From Malacoraja senta (taxonomy: Eukaryota), in assembly GCA_038087875.1 (NCBI GenBank), contig CM075979.1, positions 17,360,001-17,424,000 on the forward strand: a DNA stretch of 64,000 nucleotides, written 5' to 3'. Positions 37,341-49,211 of the stretch are shown here, piece by piece. Both the position numbers and the translations under genes were made by a program. Below the pieces are notes generated by a model that saw nothing but the letters and a program-made list of their open reading frames with translations, ran no database searches and had not been told where the DNA came from. Positions within the stretch are counted from its first letter, which is position 1; every line of letters starts with the position of its first letter.

Positions 37341-38913
37341 TAGCTCATATGTTAAACATTTTTGATCACTAACTAATGTGTGAGGCAGACTTTTAAGATT
37401 GAAATTAAAGTATCATGAAAAATTTTGTTAAAGATAAAAATATATACTTTTTGTATTCCCAAATATTTTGAAATATTTGTGGATGAATATTGGATGCAAT
37501 TTTAAGTAGGCCTTATTGAGAGCATTGAGTGCAATTCTAGGCACCAAATTACCAAAAGGATGAGAAGGTTCAGAGGAGATTGTCAAAGATGTTGCCAAGC
37601 ATGAAAAAGTTTAATTAAAAGTGGAGACTGGTTAGGTTTGTGTTATGTTATTTAGAGTCAATCGAAATGCTTTACTATAAGGTCTAGAAGACCAGAATAG
37701 AAAAGACCATTTTCCTTAGCATAGGCTAATATGCAAGATATGCAAGATCGATGGTCGGTGTGGACTCAGTGGATGAAAGGCCAGTTTCCATACTGCATCT
37801 CTAAACTAAAAATAAGAACTTGAGGGATCCTAGTGTTCATATCTACAGATAGGTGAAGACAGCAGGGCATGTGGGTCAGGGGTTAGGATTGTACATGAGA
37901 AAGCTGCCTTAATTTGTTGCAGCATAGAATACCGCAGCATAGAGTTCATGTCAAATCTATATTAAGCATAGATGGGACACTGCTAGAGTATTGTGTACAG
38001 TTCTGGTCATCACACGAAGGGATACCACCCTAAAGGGTATGGAGGAGATGACGTTTTCAGCCTTGGAGCAATAATGATTGTAGGTTGAGGCTGTTTTCTA
38101 TGGAACAGCACAGGCTAAGAAGAGACTTAACTGCAAATAAAGTTATGAAAGGTGTACACAATTATGTACACAAGAAGAATGACCAGTTTGGCTTAGGAAG
38201 AGGGTGATAACAAGGAGCCAAATAATTAAATTAGATGAATTACAAAGCGCTGGGGAAAATAATTTCATTAATGGAGGACAGTCTCTAACTGCTGCCTGTA
38301 ACTCGAGGCAAACCCCATCACCCAAAAAGCATCTTATCCCATGGGACTGTGAAACCATGAGCTGGCGTGGGATTATTGCAAAACCTGCACAGAAAAGGTT
38401 AAAAAGCCGCCTCTGCACCATTAATTTCAATGGTTTTGCAATTTAAACCCACGACCTTCAGAGTTACGACTGTGACCTGTACTTGCCGTAGGACAGTTCC
38501 TGAAATCATTTGGGCAATAATTCCAGACTTGCACAAATCCAGGAACCATCATCAGGACGTAGAGCAGGGAGAATGCCGAGGATATCTGAACGTAACCGAA
38601 GATGGTGGGTATCTGCCAGAGGTGACACAGAGTTGGGTGGGAAATGTGCGGTTGTATATCTAAATGAAAGGGTGGCAGGGAGGATTAGAGTCTTGTGGTG
38701 TCTTGTAGACACATGGAACTGCACATGGTGGTTTCCCGTGCTCCCGAGATGTGGTCAGCGTCTGCATCACGGGTCTGTGGAAATTATTACAGCGTGTTGA
38801 ACCCACTGGCTGGAAACAACAACTAGACTCCGTATTAACTGCAAGATCTGATTCACTTGTAATTACCCATTCCTCTCTAACCTACCGCACATCCTTTCAT
38901 TTCCCACACTTAC

Positions 38914-39290
38914 CCGCACCTCTCGCTTTAACCCCTCTCCAGTATGATCGTTCTTTACTAGAAGTGGAAGAAGTTGTAAACAAAGATTATAGAGCTCCTC
39001 TAATATCTTTGGTTGTAAACACGCGGCTCTGACCAACCCGTGACAGCTCCCTCGGTCATTGGCTGGGGTCAGTAACTAAACCCGCCCCTAAATCTAACAA
39101 TTCCTTAGCGTAAACGCCCCGGGTGTTGTTTGTCAGCGGACGGCGAGGGTAGTGTAAGCCACTTGGCTGCGGCTCTCACTCCGGGTTGAGCGCACCGCGT
39201 CTCCCGAGCGCCAACGAACTGACGATCACTTGCTCCCTTCTTCAGCTCATTAGTTCTGCGCCTCGGGAGCAGTGCCCCATAACTCGTCAA
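38914..39290 (-). promoter_or_regulatory. Small CpG-rich promoter-like region with a candidate non-coding first exon
   Basis: CpG-rich, non-repeat-looking DNA. Minus-strand CCAAT (39058-39062), GC box GGGGCGGG (39081-39088) and consensus donor CGG|GTAAGT at 38914/38913. Confidence 0.4.
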
Positions 39291-39508
39291 TCAGTCTGAA
39301 GAAAGGTCTCAACCCGAAATGACACCTATCCCTTTTTCTCCAAAGATGTTGTCTGGAATTCTCTGCCATAGAAGGCAGTGGAGACCAATTCACTGGATGT
39401 TTTCAAGAGAGAGTTAGATTTAGCTCTTGGGAATCAAGGAATATGGGGGGGAAAGCAGGAACCGGGTACTGATTTTGGATGATCAGCCATGATCATATTG
39501 AATGGCGG

Positions 39509-40989
39509 GTACACAGAAATGCTGGAGAAACTCAGCGGGTGCAGCAGCATCTAAGGAGCGAAGGAAATAGGCAACGTTTCGGGCCGAAACCCTTCTTCAG
39601 ACTGATAGGGGGTGGGGAGAAGAAAGGAAAAAAGGCGGAGGAGGAGCCCGAGGGCTGGGGGAGGGGAGGAGACAACCAGAGGGCTGATGAAGGGGAGGGG
39701 ACAGCAAGGGCTAGCAGAATTGGGAGAATTCAATGTTCAAGCCCCCAGGATGTAGACTGCCCAAGCGGAATATGAGGTGCATTTCCTCCAATTTACGGTG
39801 TTGCTCGCTGTGGCCATGGAGGAGACCCAGGACAGAGAGGTCAGATACGGAATGGGAGGGGGAGTTGAAGTGCTGAGCCACCGGGAGGTCAGGTTGGTTA
39901 TTGCGGACCGACCGGAGGTGTTCGGCGAAACGATCGCCAAGCCTCCGCTTGGTCTCACCGATGTAGATCAGCTGGCATCTAGAGCAGCGGATGCAATAGA
40001 TGAGGTTGGAGGAGATACAGGTGAACCTCTGTCGCACCTGGAACGACTGCTTAGGTCCTTGAATGGAGTCGAGGGGGGAGGTGAAGGGACAAGTGTTGCA
40101 TCTCTTGCGGTTGCAATGGAAAGTACCCGGGGAGGGGTGGTACGGGAGGGAAGGGAAGAATTGACAAGGGAGTTACGGAGGGAGCGGTATTTGCGGAAGG
40201 CAGACATGGGGGGAGATGGGAAGATGTGGCGAGTGGTGGGGTCACGTTGGAGGTGGCGAAACTGACGGAGGATCACTTGTTGTATGTGACGGCTGGTGGG
40301 GTGAAAGGTGAGGACTAGGGGGACTCTGCCCTTGTTGTGAGTGGGGGGATGGGGAGAGAGAGCAGTGTTGCGGGGTTGGCAGAGACCCAGGTGCGAGCCT
40401 CATCTATGGTGGAGGAGGGGAACACCCGTTCCCTGAAGAATGAGGACATTTCGGATGCCCTGGTGTGGAATGCCTCATCCTGGGAGCAGATGCGGCGTAG
40501 ACGGAGGAATTGGGAGTGGGGGATGGAGTCCTTACAGGAAGCAGGGTGGGAAGAAGTGTAGTCCAGATAGCCATGGGAGTTGGTAGGTTTGTAGTGGATG
40601 TCGGTAAGAAGTCTATCACCTGCGATGGAGATAATGAGGTCAAGGAATGGTAGGGAAGTGTCGGAAATGGTCCAGGTGTTTTGAGTGCCGGATGGAAGTT
40701 GGTGGTGAAGCGGATGAAGTCAGTCAGTTGTGTGTGGGTGCAGGAGGTGGCACCAAAACAGTCATCGATGTAGCGGAGGTAGAGGTCGGGGATGGGGCCC
40801 TGGTACGCATTGAACAAGGATTGTTCTACGTACCCGACAAAGAGGCATGCGTGTGCCCATAGCTACGCCTTGTATTTGGAGGAAATGGGAGGAGTCAAAT
40901 GAGGTTATTGAGGGTAAGGAACAGCTCCGCTAGGCGGAGGAGGGTGTCAGTGGCCGGGTATAGGTTGCGGGTAAGGACCAGCTCCGCTA
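39509..40989 (-). mobile_element. Penelope-like element (RT C-terminal part + GIY-YIG + terminal repeat), inserted in a CR1 3' tail
   Basis: YLRYIDDCFG (40404..40817). NLIYCIRCSRCQLIYIGETKRRLGDRFAEH...GLNIEFS (39711..40037). Flanked by GGCGG, which splits the CR1 tail GAATGGCGG|TGCTGGCTCGAAG. Confidence 0.88.
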
Positions 40990-41846
40990 GGCGGTGCTGG
41001 CTCGAAGTGCCGAATGGCCTACTCCTGCACCTATGTTTCTATGCTGCCTGACCGCTGAGTCACTCCAACTTTGTGTCTACATCAATCGCTGAGCCTGTCA
41101 GTGTGTTTAATCTCTGTCCCACGCTGGCTGGTGGTGTTGCATTCCTCAATGCTTCCCATTCCTTAGAATTAAATATTGTAGCTTAGAGTTGTGTATTGCA
41201 AGATTAAAGACTCTTAAAAGTTCTTGTTTCAATGTGGTGGTTCCCGATTCAATACAATTTGAAACTGAACTGGAGTAGCCATCTACATTATGTGGCTACA
41301 GTAGCAGGTCAGAAGCTCGGGGGGGGGGGGGAATGACAAAGTGCTGGAGTAACTCAACCAGTCAGGCAGTATCCCTGGAGAACATAGATAGGTGACCTTT
41401 GGAAGGCTCAAGTCAGGAATGTATTGGAATATTCTCCACGTGCCTGCATGCGTGCAATTTCAACTTAAGAAGCTCCACATAGCAACCTACAGTACTCGAG
41501 AGGTAACCCATCCGCAACCATTTACTTAACCCACTACTACCTTATCCCTCTAAACCCATCCTATACCAGTCCAAATGTCTTTTAAATGTTGTTATAGTAC
41601 CTATATCAACTACCTCCTCTGGCATCTCGTTCCATATAGTATACCCACCACCCTGTGTGAAAAAGTTGCCCCTCAGGTTCCTATTAAATCTTTCCCCTCT
41701 CATCTTAAACCTGTGTCCTCTGGTTCTTGATTACCCTACTCTGAGTAAAAGACTGTGCATTCACCCTATCTATCCCCCTTATGACGTTATATACCTCTAT
41801 AAGATCACCCCTCAGCCTCCTGCGCTCCAAGGAATTAAGTGACTAA

Positions 41847-44800
41847 TGTAACGGGGATAGCTTGGACCCGATAGCAGCACAGAATCAGGCAGGTATAGTT
41901 GGTACTGAACTTTATTCCAATACTGGAACACAGGAATGGGTACATCGTACTCACACAGAGACTCAGGATTGAGCGAGGGTTCCGAAGAGGGTCTGGCAGG
42001 TTCGAATCCTTGTAGGCAGTCGGGAAATCGCTGGAGAGTCTTGCATGAATGCTGAGAACAATCTGGCACTGTGGGAACGGTGAGGAGAGTCTATATACCG
42101 GATTAATTGGTGATCAGAGGCAACTGAGTGCCACAGGTGAGGAGAGTTGGGCTGATGAGAGGGGAGTGGCAGGCAGGCAGAAGAGGGCAGACTGTGACAG
42201 AACCCCCCCCTCAAGGGACGGCTCCTGACGTCCCAAAACAAAAGGAAAAAAAAACCACAATAAAGAAAATAAACCCAATCCCACGCAGAGTTGGGTGGGA
42301 GGAGGGGGACCGGAGGAGGGCTAATATTCGTCCGAGACATCCATGTCAGCATCCTCCTCCATAGCATCAGAGGAAAGCTCCGTATCGTCGTCACTGGGCG
42401 CCTCAGACGGAAGAGGGGACAGAGTCTCAGGGGCGGCGACCCCTCTAGGATTGGCGGACTTGGACGGCTGGTCGGGATGACGCCTGTGAAACTCCCTGAT
42501 GAGGGAGGCGTCCAGGATGTGTCGAGCAGGAACCCAGGACCTCTCCTCTGGACCGTAACCCTCACAATCGACCAGGTATTGGAGACACCTCCCGCGACGG
42601 CGGGAGCGCAGGAGGCAGTGCACCGTAAAGGCGAGGCCTCCGTTGATGAGACGAGGAGGTGGAGGAGGAGGGACTGCGGGGACCAGGGAGCTCTCCCGGA
42701 CTGGCTTTACTCTGGACACGTGGAACGTAGGATGGACCCGCATGGAACGAGGCAACTTGAGCCGCACAGCCACTGGGTTGATGACCTTCTGGATCTCAAA
42801 GGGACCGATGAACTTGGGTGCCAACTTCTTGGACTCCACCCTCAAGGGAAGGTCCCGGGTCGACAGCCACAACCTCTGGCCCGCGAGGTAGGTGGGGGCC
42901 TGGGTGCGGTGACGGTTGGCAGTCGTGGCGTAACAGGCCACGGAGCGGAGAAGAGACGCCCTAGCTTGGGTCCACGTCCCGTGGCAGCGACGAATGAAGG
43001 CCTGGACGGACGGGCAGGAAACCTCTTTCTCCAGCGCTGGGAACAGTGGAGGCTGGAACCCGTAGGCACACTGGAAAGGGGAGAGCCCAGTGGCTGAGCT
43101 TGTCAGGGTGTTGTGGGCGTACTCCACCCACAACAACTGCTGGGACCAGGAGGAGGGATGCTTAGACACCATACACCGCAGCGCCGTCTCCATCTCCTGA
43201 TTCTTCCTTTCAGTTTGGCCGTTGGACTGGGGATGAAATCCGGACGTCAGACTCACGGTGGCCCCCACAAGCGTGCAGAACTCCCTCCAGAACACAGAGG
43301 CAAACTGGGGTCCTCAGTCGGAGACCACATCGACGGGGAGACCATGGAGCCTGAAGACGTGGAGTAACATGAGCTCGGCAGTTTCCTTGGCTGACGGAAG
43401 CTTGGGCAGGGGCACGGAGTGAGCCATCTTGCTAAATCTATCGACCAAGGTCAGGATGGTGGTGTGACCCCTGGATGGGGGCAGGCCGGTAACGAAGTCC
43501 AGGGAGATGTGGGACCATGGTCGATGGGGTACAGGCAGTGGAAGCAGATGACCCGCAGAGCTTGGTGTGAGACCTTGTGCTGGTTGCAAACGGGACATGC
43601 GTTGACAAACTCCCGAGTGTCCTCCTCCAGCGATGCCCACCAGAACCTCCGTAGCACCATCTCCTTGGTCCGCTGAATGCCGGGATGACAGGCGAGTCGA
43701 GAGCTGTGGGCCCACTGAAGGACGTCGGACCGCAGGGCAGAAACCACAAACAGGCGATAAGGAGGGCATGCGCTGGGTCCCGGCTGCTTCTCCAAGGCCG
43801 CCTTGACCCTCCCTCTCCTCCACCTCCCAGGTGAGGGAGGCAACCCTGTGCGAGGACGAGAGGATGGTCTTGGGGCCCGAGGCAGACTCCTCCTTCGCCA
43901 AGAACTTTCGAGAGAGGGCATCGGGCTTCACGTTGCGGGTCCCAGGTCGGTAGGAGAGGGAGTCAAGGCGACCCCTAGGAGGAGCGGAACCAGGCAGGAG
44001 GTCTATGGCGCAGTCATAGGGCCGATGAGGAGGAAGGGAGGTGGCCCTAGACTTGCTAAAAACCTCCCCAAAGTCATGGTACTCGGCTGGGACCCCCGTC
44101 AGATCCGGAGCAGCACTGGAGCAGGTGGCCAGTTGAGGAGCTGAGGCTTGCTTCAGGCACACTTGGTGGCAGGAAGGGCTCCACCCCAAGACGACCCCCC
44201 TCCTCCAGTCGATGTTGGGGTTGTGTCGCCGAAGCCAGGGGTAACCCAGGATGAGGGGAAAACGGGGAGACTGCAGGATGTGGAACTGGATGGTCTCATG
44301 GTGATTACCAGACAGGAGCATGCGCACTGGGACCGTCCGGTGAGAAACAGTCCCCAGGCGATGGCCGTCGAGGGCGTCGGCGGGAACAGGTTCAGGCAGG
44401 GGAACACAACTGATGCCTAGCTGGCGGGCTAGTTCCTGGTCCATAAGATTAATGTCACAACTAGTCTATGAAGGTGGCGAGGGTGTGAGGACCATCAGAC
44501 AACAGCAGACGGGCATGACAAAGAGGGCATCGGGCAGAGGTAAGTTCAGAGCTTCGACATTCCCGTTCCTCGGGGGTGAGACTGGTGCGACCCACCTGCA
44601 TGGGTTCGGGTTGCCTCGACGGTTGCCCCGACGAGGGTAGTCCAGTCTCCGGAGGAAAACGAGCTGGGGTGGAAAGCTGGCGGTCCGCCGGTCCCTGTCG
44701 CCTCTCGCGGCGTCTCGCCAGGATGCGTTGGTCCAGACGGGTCGTTAGCTCGATAAGCCCATCCAGAGAAGAAGGAAGGTCGTGGGACACCAACTCATCC

Positions 44801-45835
44801 TTGATATAGTCATTCAAGCCCAGCAAGAAAGCGTCACACTGGGCCGGGGCGTTCCAAGCACTCTCCCGGGCCCTGGTGCGAAAGTCGATGGCAAAGTCAT
44901 CAACGCTCTGGTTCACCTGGCTCAACCCCAGCAGACCTCCCGCAGCGTCCGGACCCATCGAAACCTTACCGAACACCTTGCGAAGCTCCGCGGCGAAGGC
45001 CTGGAAAGAGGAGCAAGCCGGCGTGCGTCACTCCCATTCAGCCGTTCCCCACAGCCGAGCTCTGCCAGTCAGGTGATTAATGGTAAACGCCACTCTCGCC
45101 GCTTCCTGGGCGAAGGTGTAGGGCTGTAGGGCGAAGAAAATGGAACAGTTCGTGATGAATGGGTTGCAGCCCTCCGGGTCTTCAGCGTAACGCTCCGGGG
45201 TTCCCACCCGGGGCTCAGGTGATGTTCCTGGCGGACCGGGAGCTGGTGCTGTCGGAGCCGGAGGCGAAGCATGGGATGTAGCCTGGGCGAGGGTGGTCGT
45301 CAGCTGTTGGACCTGGGTGACTAGTGCAACCAATGCTTGTTCTTGGTTTGACACAACCTGTCGAATCTCGGAGTTGGAGGCAGTGAGCATAGCTTCGTGC
45401 TGCCGGAGCGTGTGCTCAATCCTCCCGAAGCGGTTTGCCGGAGACGTAGTGTGCGCCGAGTCCATTGTTGGCCAGATTGTACTGTAACGGGGATAGCTTG
45501 GACCCGATAGCAGCACAGAATCAGGCAGGTATAGTTGGTACTGAACTTTATTCCGATACTGGAACACAGGAATGGGTACATCGTACTCACACAGAGACTC
45601 AGGATTGAGCGAGGGTTCCGAAGAGGGGCTGGCAGGTTCGAATCCTTGTAGGCAGTCGGGAAATCGCTGGAGAGTCTTGCATGAATGCTGAGAACAATCT
45701 GGCACTGTGGGAATGGTGAGGATAGTCTATATACCGGATTAATTGGTGATCAGAGGCAACTGAGTGCCACAGGTGAGGAGAGTTGGGCTGATGAGAGGGG
45801 AGTGGCAGGCAGGCAGGAGAGGGCAGACTGTGACA
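41847..45835 (-). mobile_element. Sushi/chromovirus-type Gypsy LTR element lacking RT and RNase H
   Basis: 353-bp TG..CA LTRs 41847-42199 and 45483-45835; TSD ACTAA; PPT next to 42200. Gag from ATG 45465 (PERYAEDPEGC, HLTGRARLW), protease remnant (LILGYPWLRRHNP), integrase ([19 protein letters not shown]), chromodomain ([18 protein letters not shown]). Confidence 0.93.
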
Positions 45836-45840
45836 ACTAA

Positions 45841-46970
45841 TGGTGACTAAAATTAGAGCTCATGGGATTGGGGGTAGGGTGTTGACACGGATAGAAAATT
45901 GGTTGGCAGACCGGAAGCAAACAGTAGGAGTGAACGGGTCCTTTTCAGAATGGCAGGCAGTGGCGAGTGGAGTGCCGCAAGGCTCGGTATTGGGGCCTTA
46001 ACTGTTTAGCATATATATTAATGATTTGGAAGAGGGAATTGGGAGCAACACTAGCAAGTTTGCGGATGACACAAAGCTGGGTGGCAGTGTGAACTGTGAA
46101 GAGGATGTTAGGAGGTTGTAGGGTGACCTGGACAGGTTGAGTGAGTGGGCAGATGCGTGGCAGATGCAGTATAATATAGATAAATGTGAGGTTATCCACT
46201 TTGGCGGCAAAAACAAGGGGGCAGATTATTATCTCAATGGGGTTAGGTTAGGTAAGGGGGAGATACAGCGAGACCTGGGTGTCCTTGTACACCGGTCACT
46301 GAAAGTTGGCATGCAGGTACAGCAGGCAGTGAAGAAAGCTAATGGAATGTTGGCCTTCATAACAAGAGGATTTCAGTATAGGAGGAAAGAGGTTCTTCTG
46401 CTGTTGTATAGGGCTCTGGTGAGACCACATCTGGAGTATTGTGTACAGTTTTGGTCCCCTAATTTGAGGAAGGACATCCTTGTGATTGAGGCAGTGCAGC
46501 GTAGGTTCACGAGATTGATCCCTGGGATGGCGGGACTGTCATATGAGGAAAGATTGAAAAGACTAGGCTTGTATTCACTGGAGTTTAAAAGGATGAGGGG
46601 GATCTTATAGAAACATATAAAATTATAAAAGGACTGGACAAGCTAGATGCAGGAAAAATGTTCCCAATGTTGTGCGAGTCCAGAACCAGGGGCCACAGTC
46701 TTAGAATAAAGGGGAGGTCATTTAAGACTGAGGTGAGAAAAAACTTTTTCACCCAGAGAGTTGTGAATTTATGGAATTCCCTGCCACAGAGGGCAGTGGA
46801 AGCCAAATCGCTGGATGGATTTAAGAGAGAGTTAGATAGAGCTCTAGGGGCTAGTGGAGTCAAGGGATATGGGGAGAAGGCAGGCACAGGTTATTGATGA
46901 TCACAATGAATGGCGGTGCTGGCTCAAAGGGCCGAATGGCCTCCTCCTGCACCTATTTTCTATGTTTCTA
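45841..46970 (+). mobile_element. CR1 LINE 3' fragment (related subfamily)
   Basis: KFADD region; ORF 46137..46610 (RPHLEYCVQFWSP); 46658..46897; TTTCTATGTTTCTA tail. Confidence 0.88.
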
Positions 46971-49211
46971 AGTCTGAGCCTGCGTAATCTCTCCCTATGG
47001 CTAAGGCCCTTAAGTTCTGGCAACATCCTTATGAATCTTCTCTATGATCGTTCCTGCTTAACATGGCCCTTCCTATAGCACGGTGACCAGAAATGAATAC
47101 AATACTCCAAATGTGGCCTCAACAATGTTTTGTACAAAGGTAACATAACATCCAAATTTCTATACTCAATACCTTGACCGATGAAAGCTCATGTAGCAAA
47201 AGTCTTCTTGACCACCCTATCTATCTATGAAGCCACTCTCAAGTAATTATGTACCTGCAATCCTAAATCCCCCTGCTTCACAACACCCCACAGCCATAAT
47301 TATATTCCTTCATGCCAATTCTGATTAAAGGTCCCTAATCTGAACTGGTAAATATTTTCCTCGTTCACAAATGCTACCTGACTTATTGAATATTTTCACA
47401 ATATTCTGTTTTATTCCATAATTTGTCCTGATTTCCATTGTTCAGGTTTACTCTGTTGTTGGCTTTCCTCACAAAATTGCCAACTAAAGAGCAACCATTT
47501 GTGACCATTTATCAGCTTTAAGTAGCAGTTTTGTTTACTTTCTGAGGGAATTGGCTCCTTAGTAATTTTGCTAAGTAAACATGCGATTAAGTGAAAAGAT
47601 GATTGATTCATTTGCGTTATATATTGGATCAACAAACAAGTTGTTGAAGGAACTCAGCAGCATCTGTGGGGTGATATTCATATCTACACTCCCCCCCCCC
47701 CCCCCCCAACAATTGCTGCTCAAACATTGAGTTCCTCCAGCAGATTACTACATGTTCCAGATGCCCACATTTGTAGTCTTATATTGTCTCCATTTTAATT
47801 GAGCTGTTGTGAATAGGGTGACTATTTCAATGTCTTGTTCCCCCATTTATAATCCTGATTGATACAATATTAATTACATTCTGCTTTCCTTTTTATAATG
47901 ATGAGTAGCAATTTTCAACCATAGTTTTAATGAATCACAAATGCTAAAAACATAAATTATATACAACCCGACACAAATTTATTCTATTTGGCTGTGATTG
48001 TGTTTTCATAAATCGAAATCTGCACGCAACTCCTTAAGTTAACAACATTACTTAAATTGATGCAAAAAAATAAACAATTAACAGAAGTTAAGGTTACAGG
48101 TAAAATTATAGAAGTATATGAGTAAAGTTGAAAAATAAAATAAAAACATATTAAAGCCCATTTGTTCCCTGACTAGGGGATAGAACATGATTGTAGTGTT
48201 AGTTGTAAATAATTCCACATATAGCAGGAACATTGAAAATAAGCATAAATACATTTTCAAAATAATTAAGTATTGCATGTATATGCCATGCTGAGTTATT
48301 TTTCAAGATAGCATTATGGCAAGAAAATCTGCATGTGCTTAAACAGCTGTTCCAATGCAGTGTGCCACAAAGTTTTGCAATGTGGGTCCAAACACACAAC
48401 TTCCATAATTGCTGAATTACTGTCAGAAAGGGCAATCAGTCCACACACTTGAAAGAAGGAAATGTGAAATTCACGTCATATTGTGAATGTTGATTCCTAA
48501 AAATGGTTTCTCTACTTTTGAGGCACCAAATGAGTATTAAATATATCATGGAAGTTAACAGGTAGAAACAAGGAACTGCAGATGCTGGTTTATATAAAGG
48601 ACAAAAAGTGGTGGAGTAACTCAGCGGTCAGGCAGCATCTCTGGAGAGCATGGATAGGTACGTTTCGGGTCAGGACCCTTCATGCCTTTTAAATCTTATT
48701 TCAATTCTACCTTTGGAAGTTAATAATTAAAAATACTACTTTAAATCAGTCTGAAGAAGGGTCCTGAACTAAAACTCCACCCATCTATGTTCTCCAGATA
48801 TGTTGCTTGACCCGGTGAGTTACTCCAGCACTTTGTCTTCTGGAAGTTAATAACGCCAGCTAGTATTTGTAATCACCAAAATGCATAAACCTCAATGCAA
48901 CTATTGATACTGAAGATATATAATTGATACTGAAGAATATAATTGATGAGTTAGTTTCTTCGTTAAAAAAAAATCTTCTTACAGTGATATGGTTTCTACC
49001 CTTGGATGCCAACAATGAAAAGTACTATTCTAAATCACGATTACAAATACCATTTGTCAGAAAAGGCAATTATTTTTATTTAGATTGTGTCCATTTGAAA
49101 TTCCAGCTTTATTATGAAGAAATTAAAGCCAACAAAATGCCAGAGCAGAAGTATGGTATCATGTGTCAATCATAATTTCTCTGATTGGGTGGAGAATAAT
49201 CAGAATATTTT

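Noticed and set aside
42291-43097. 268-aa plus-strand ORF
   Set aside because: Antisense shadow of the GC-rich integrase/chromodomain frame; no recognisable motif.
44461-45465. Domesticated gag gene (LDOC1/RTL/PEG10-like)
   Set aside because: Frameshifted and still flanked by near-identical LTRs and a TSD; an ordinary retroelement.
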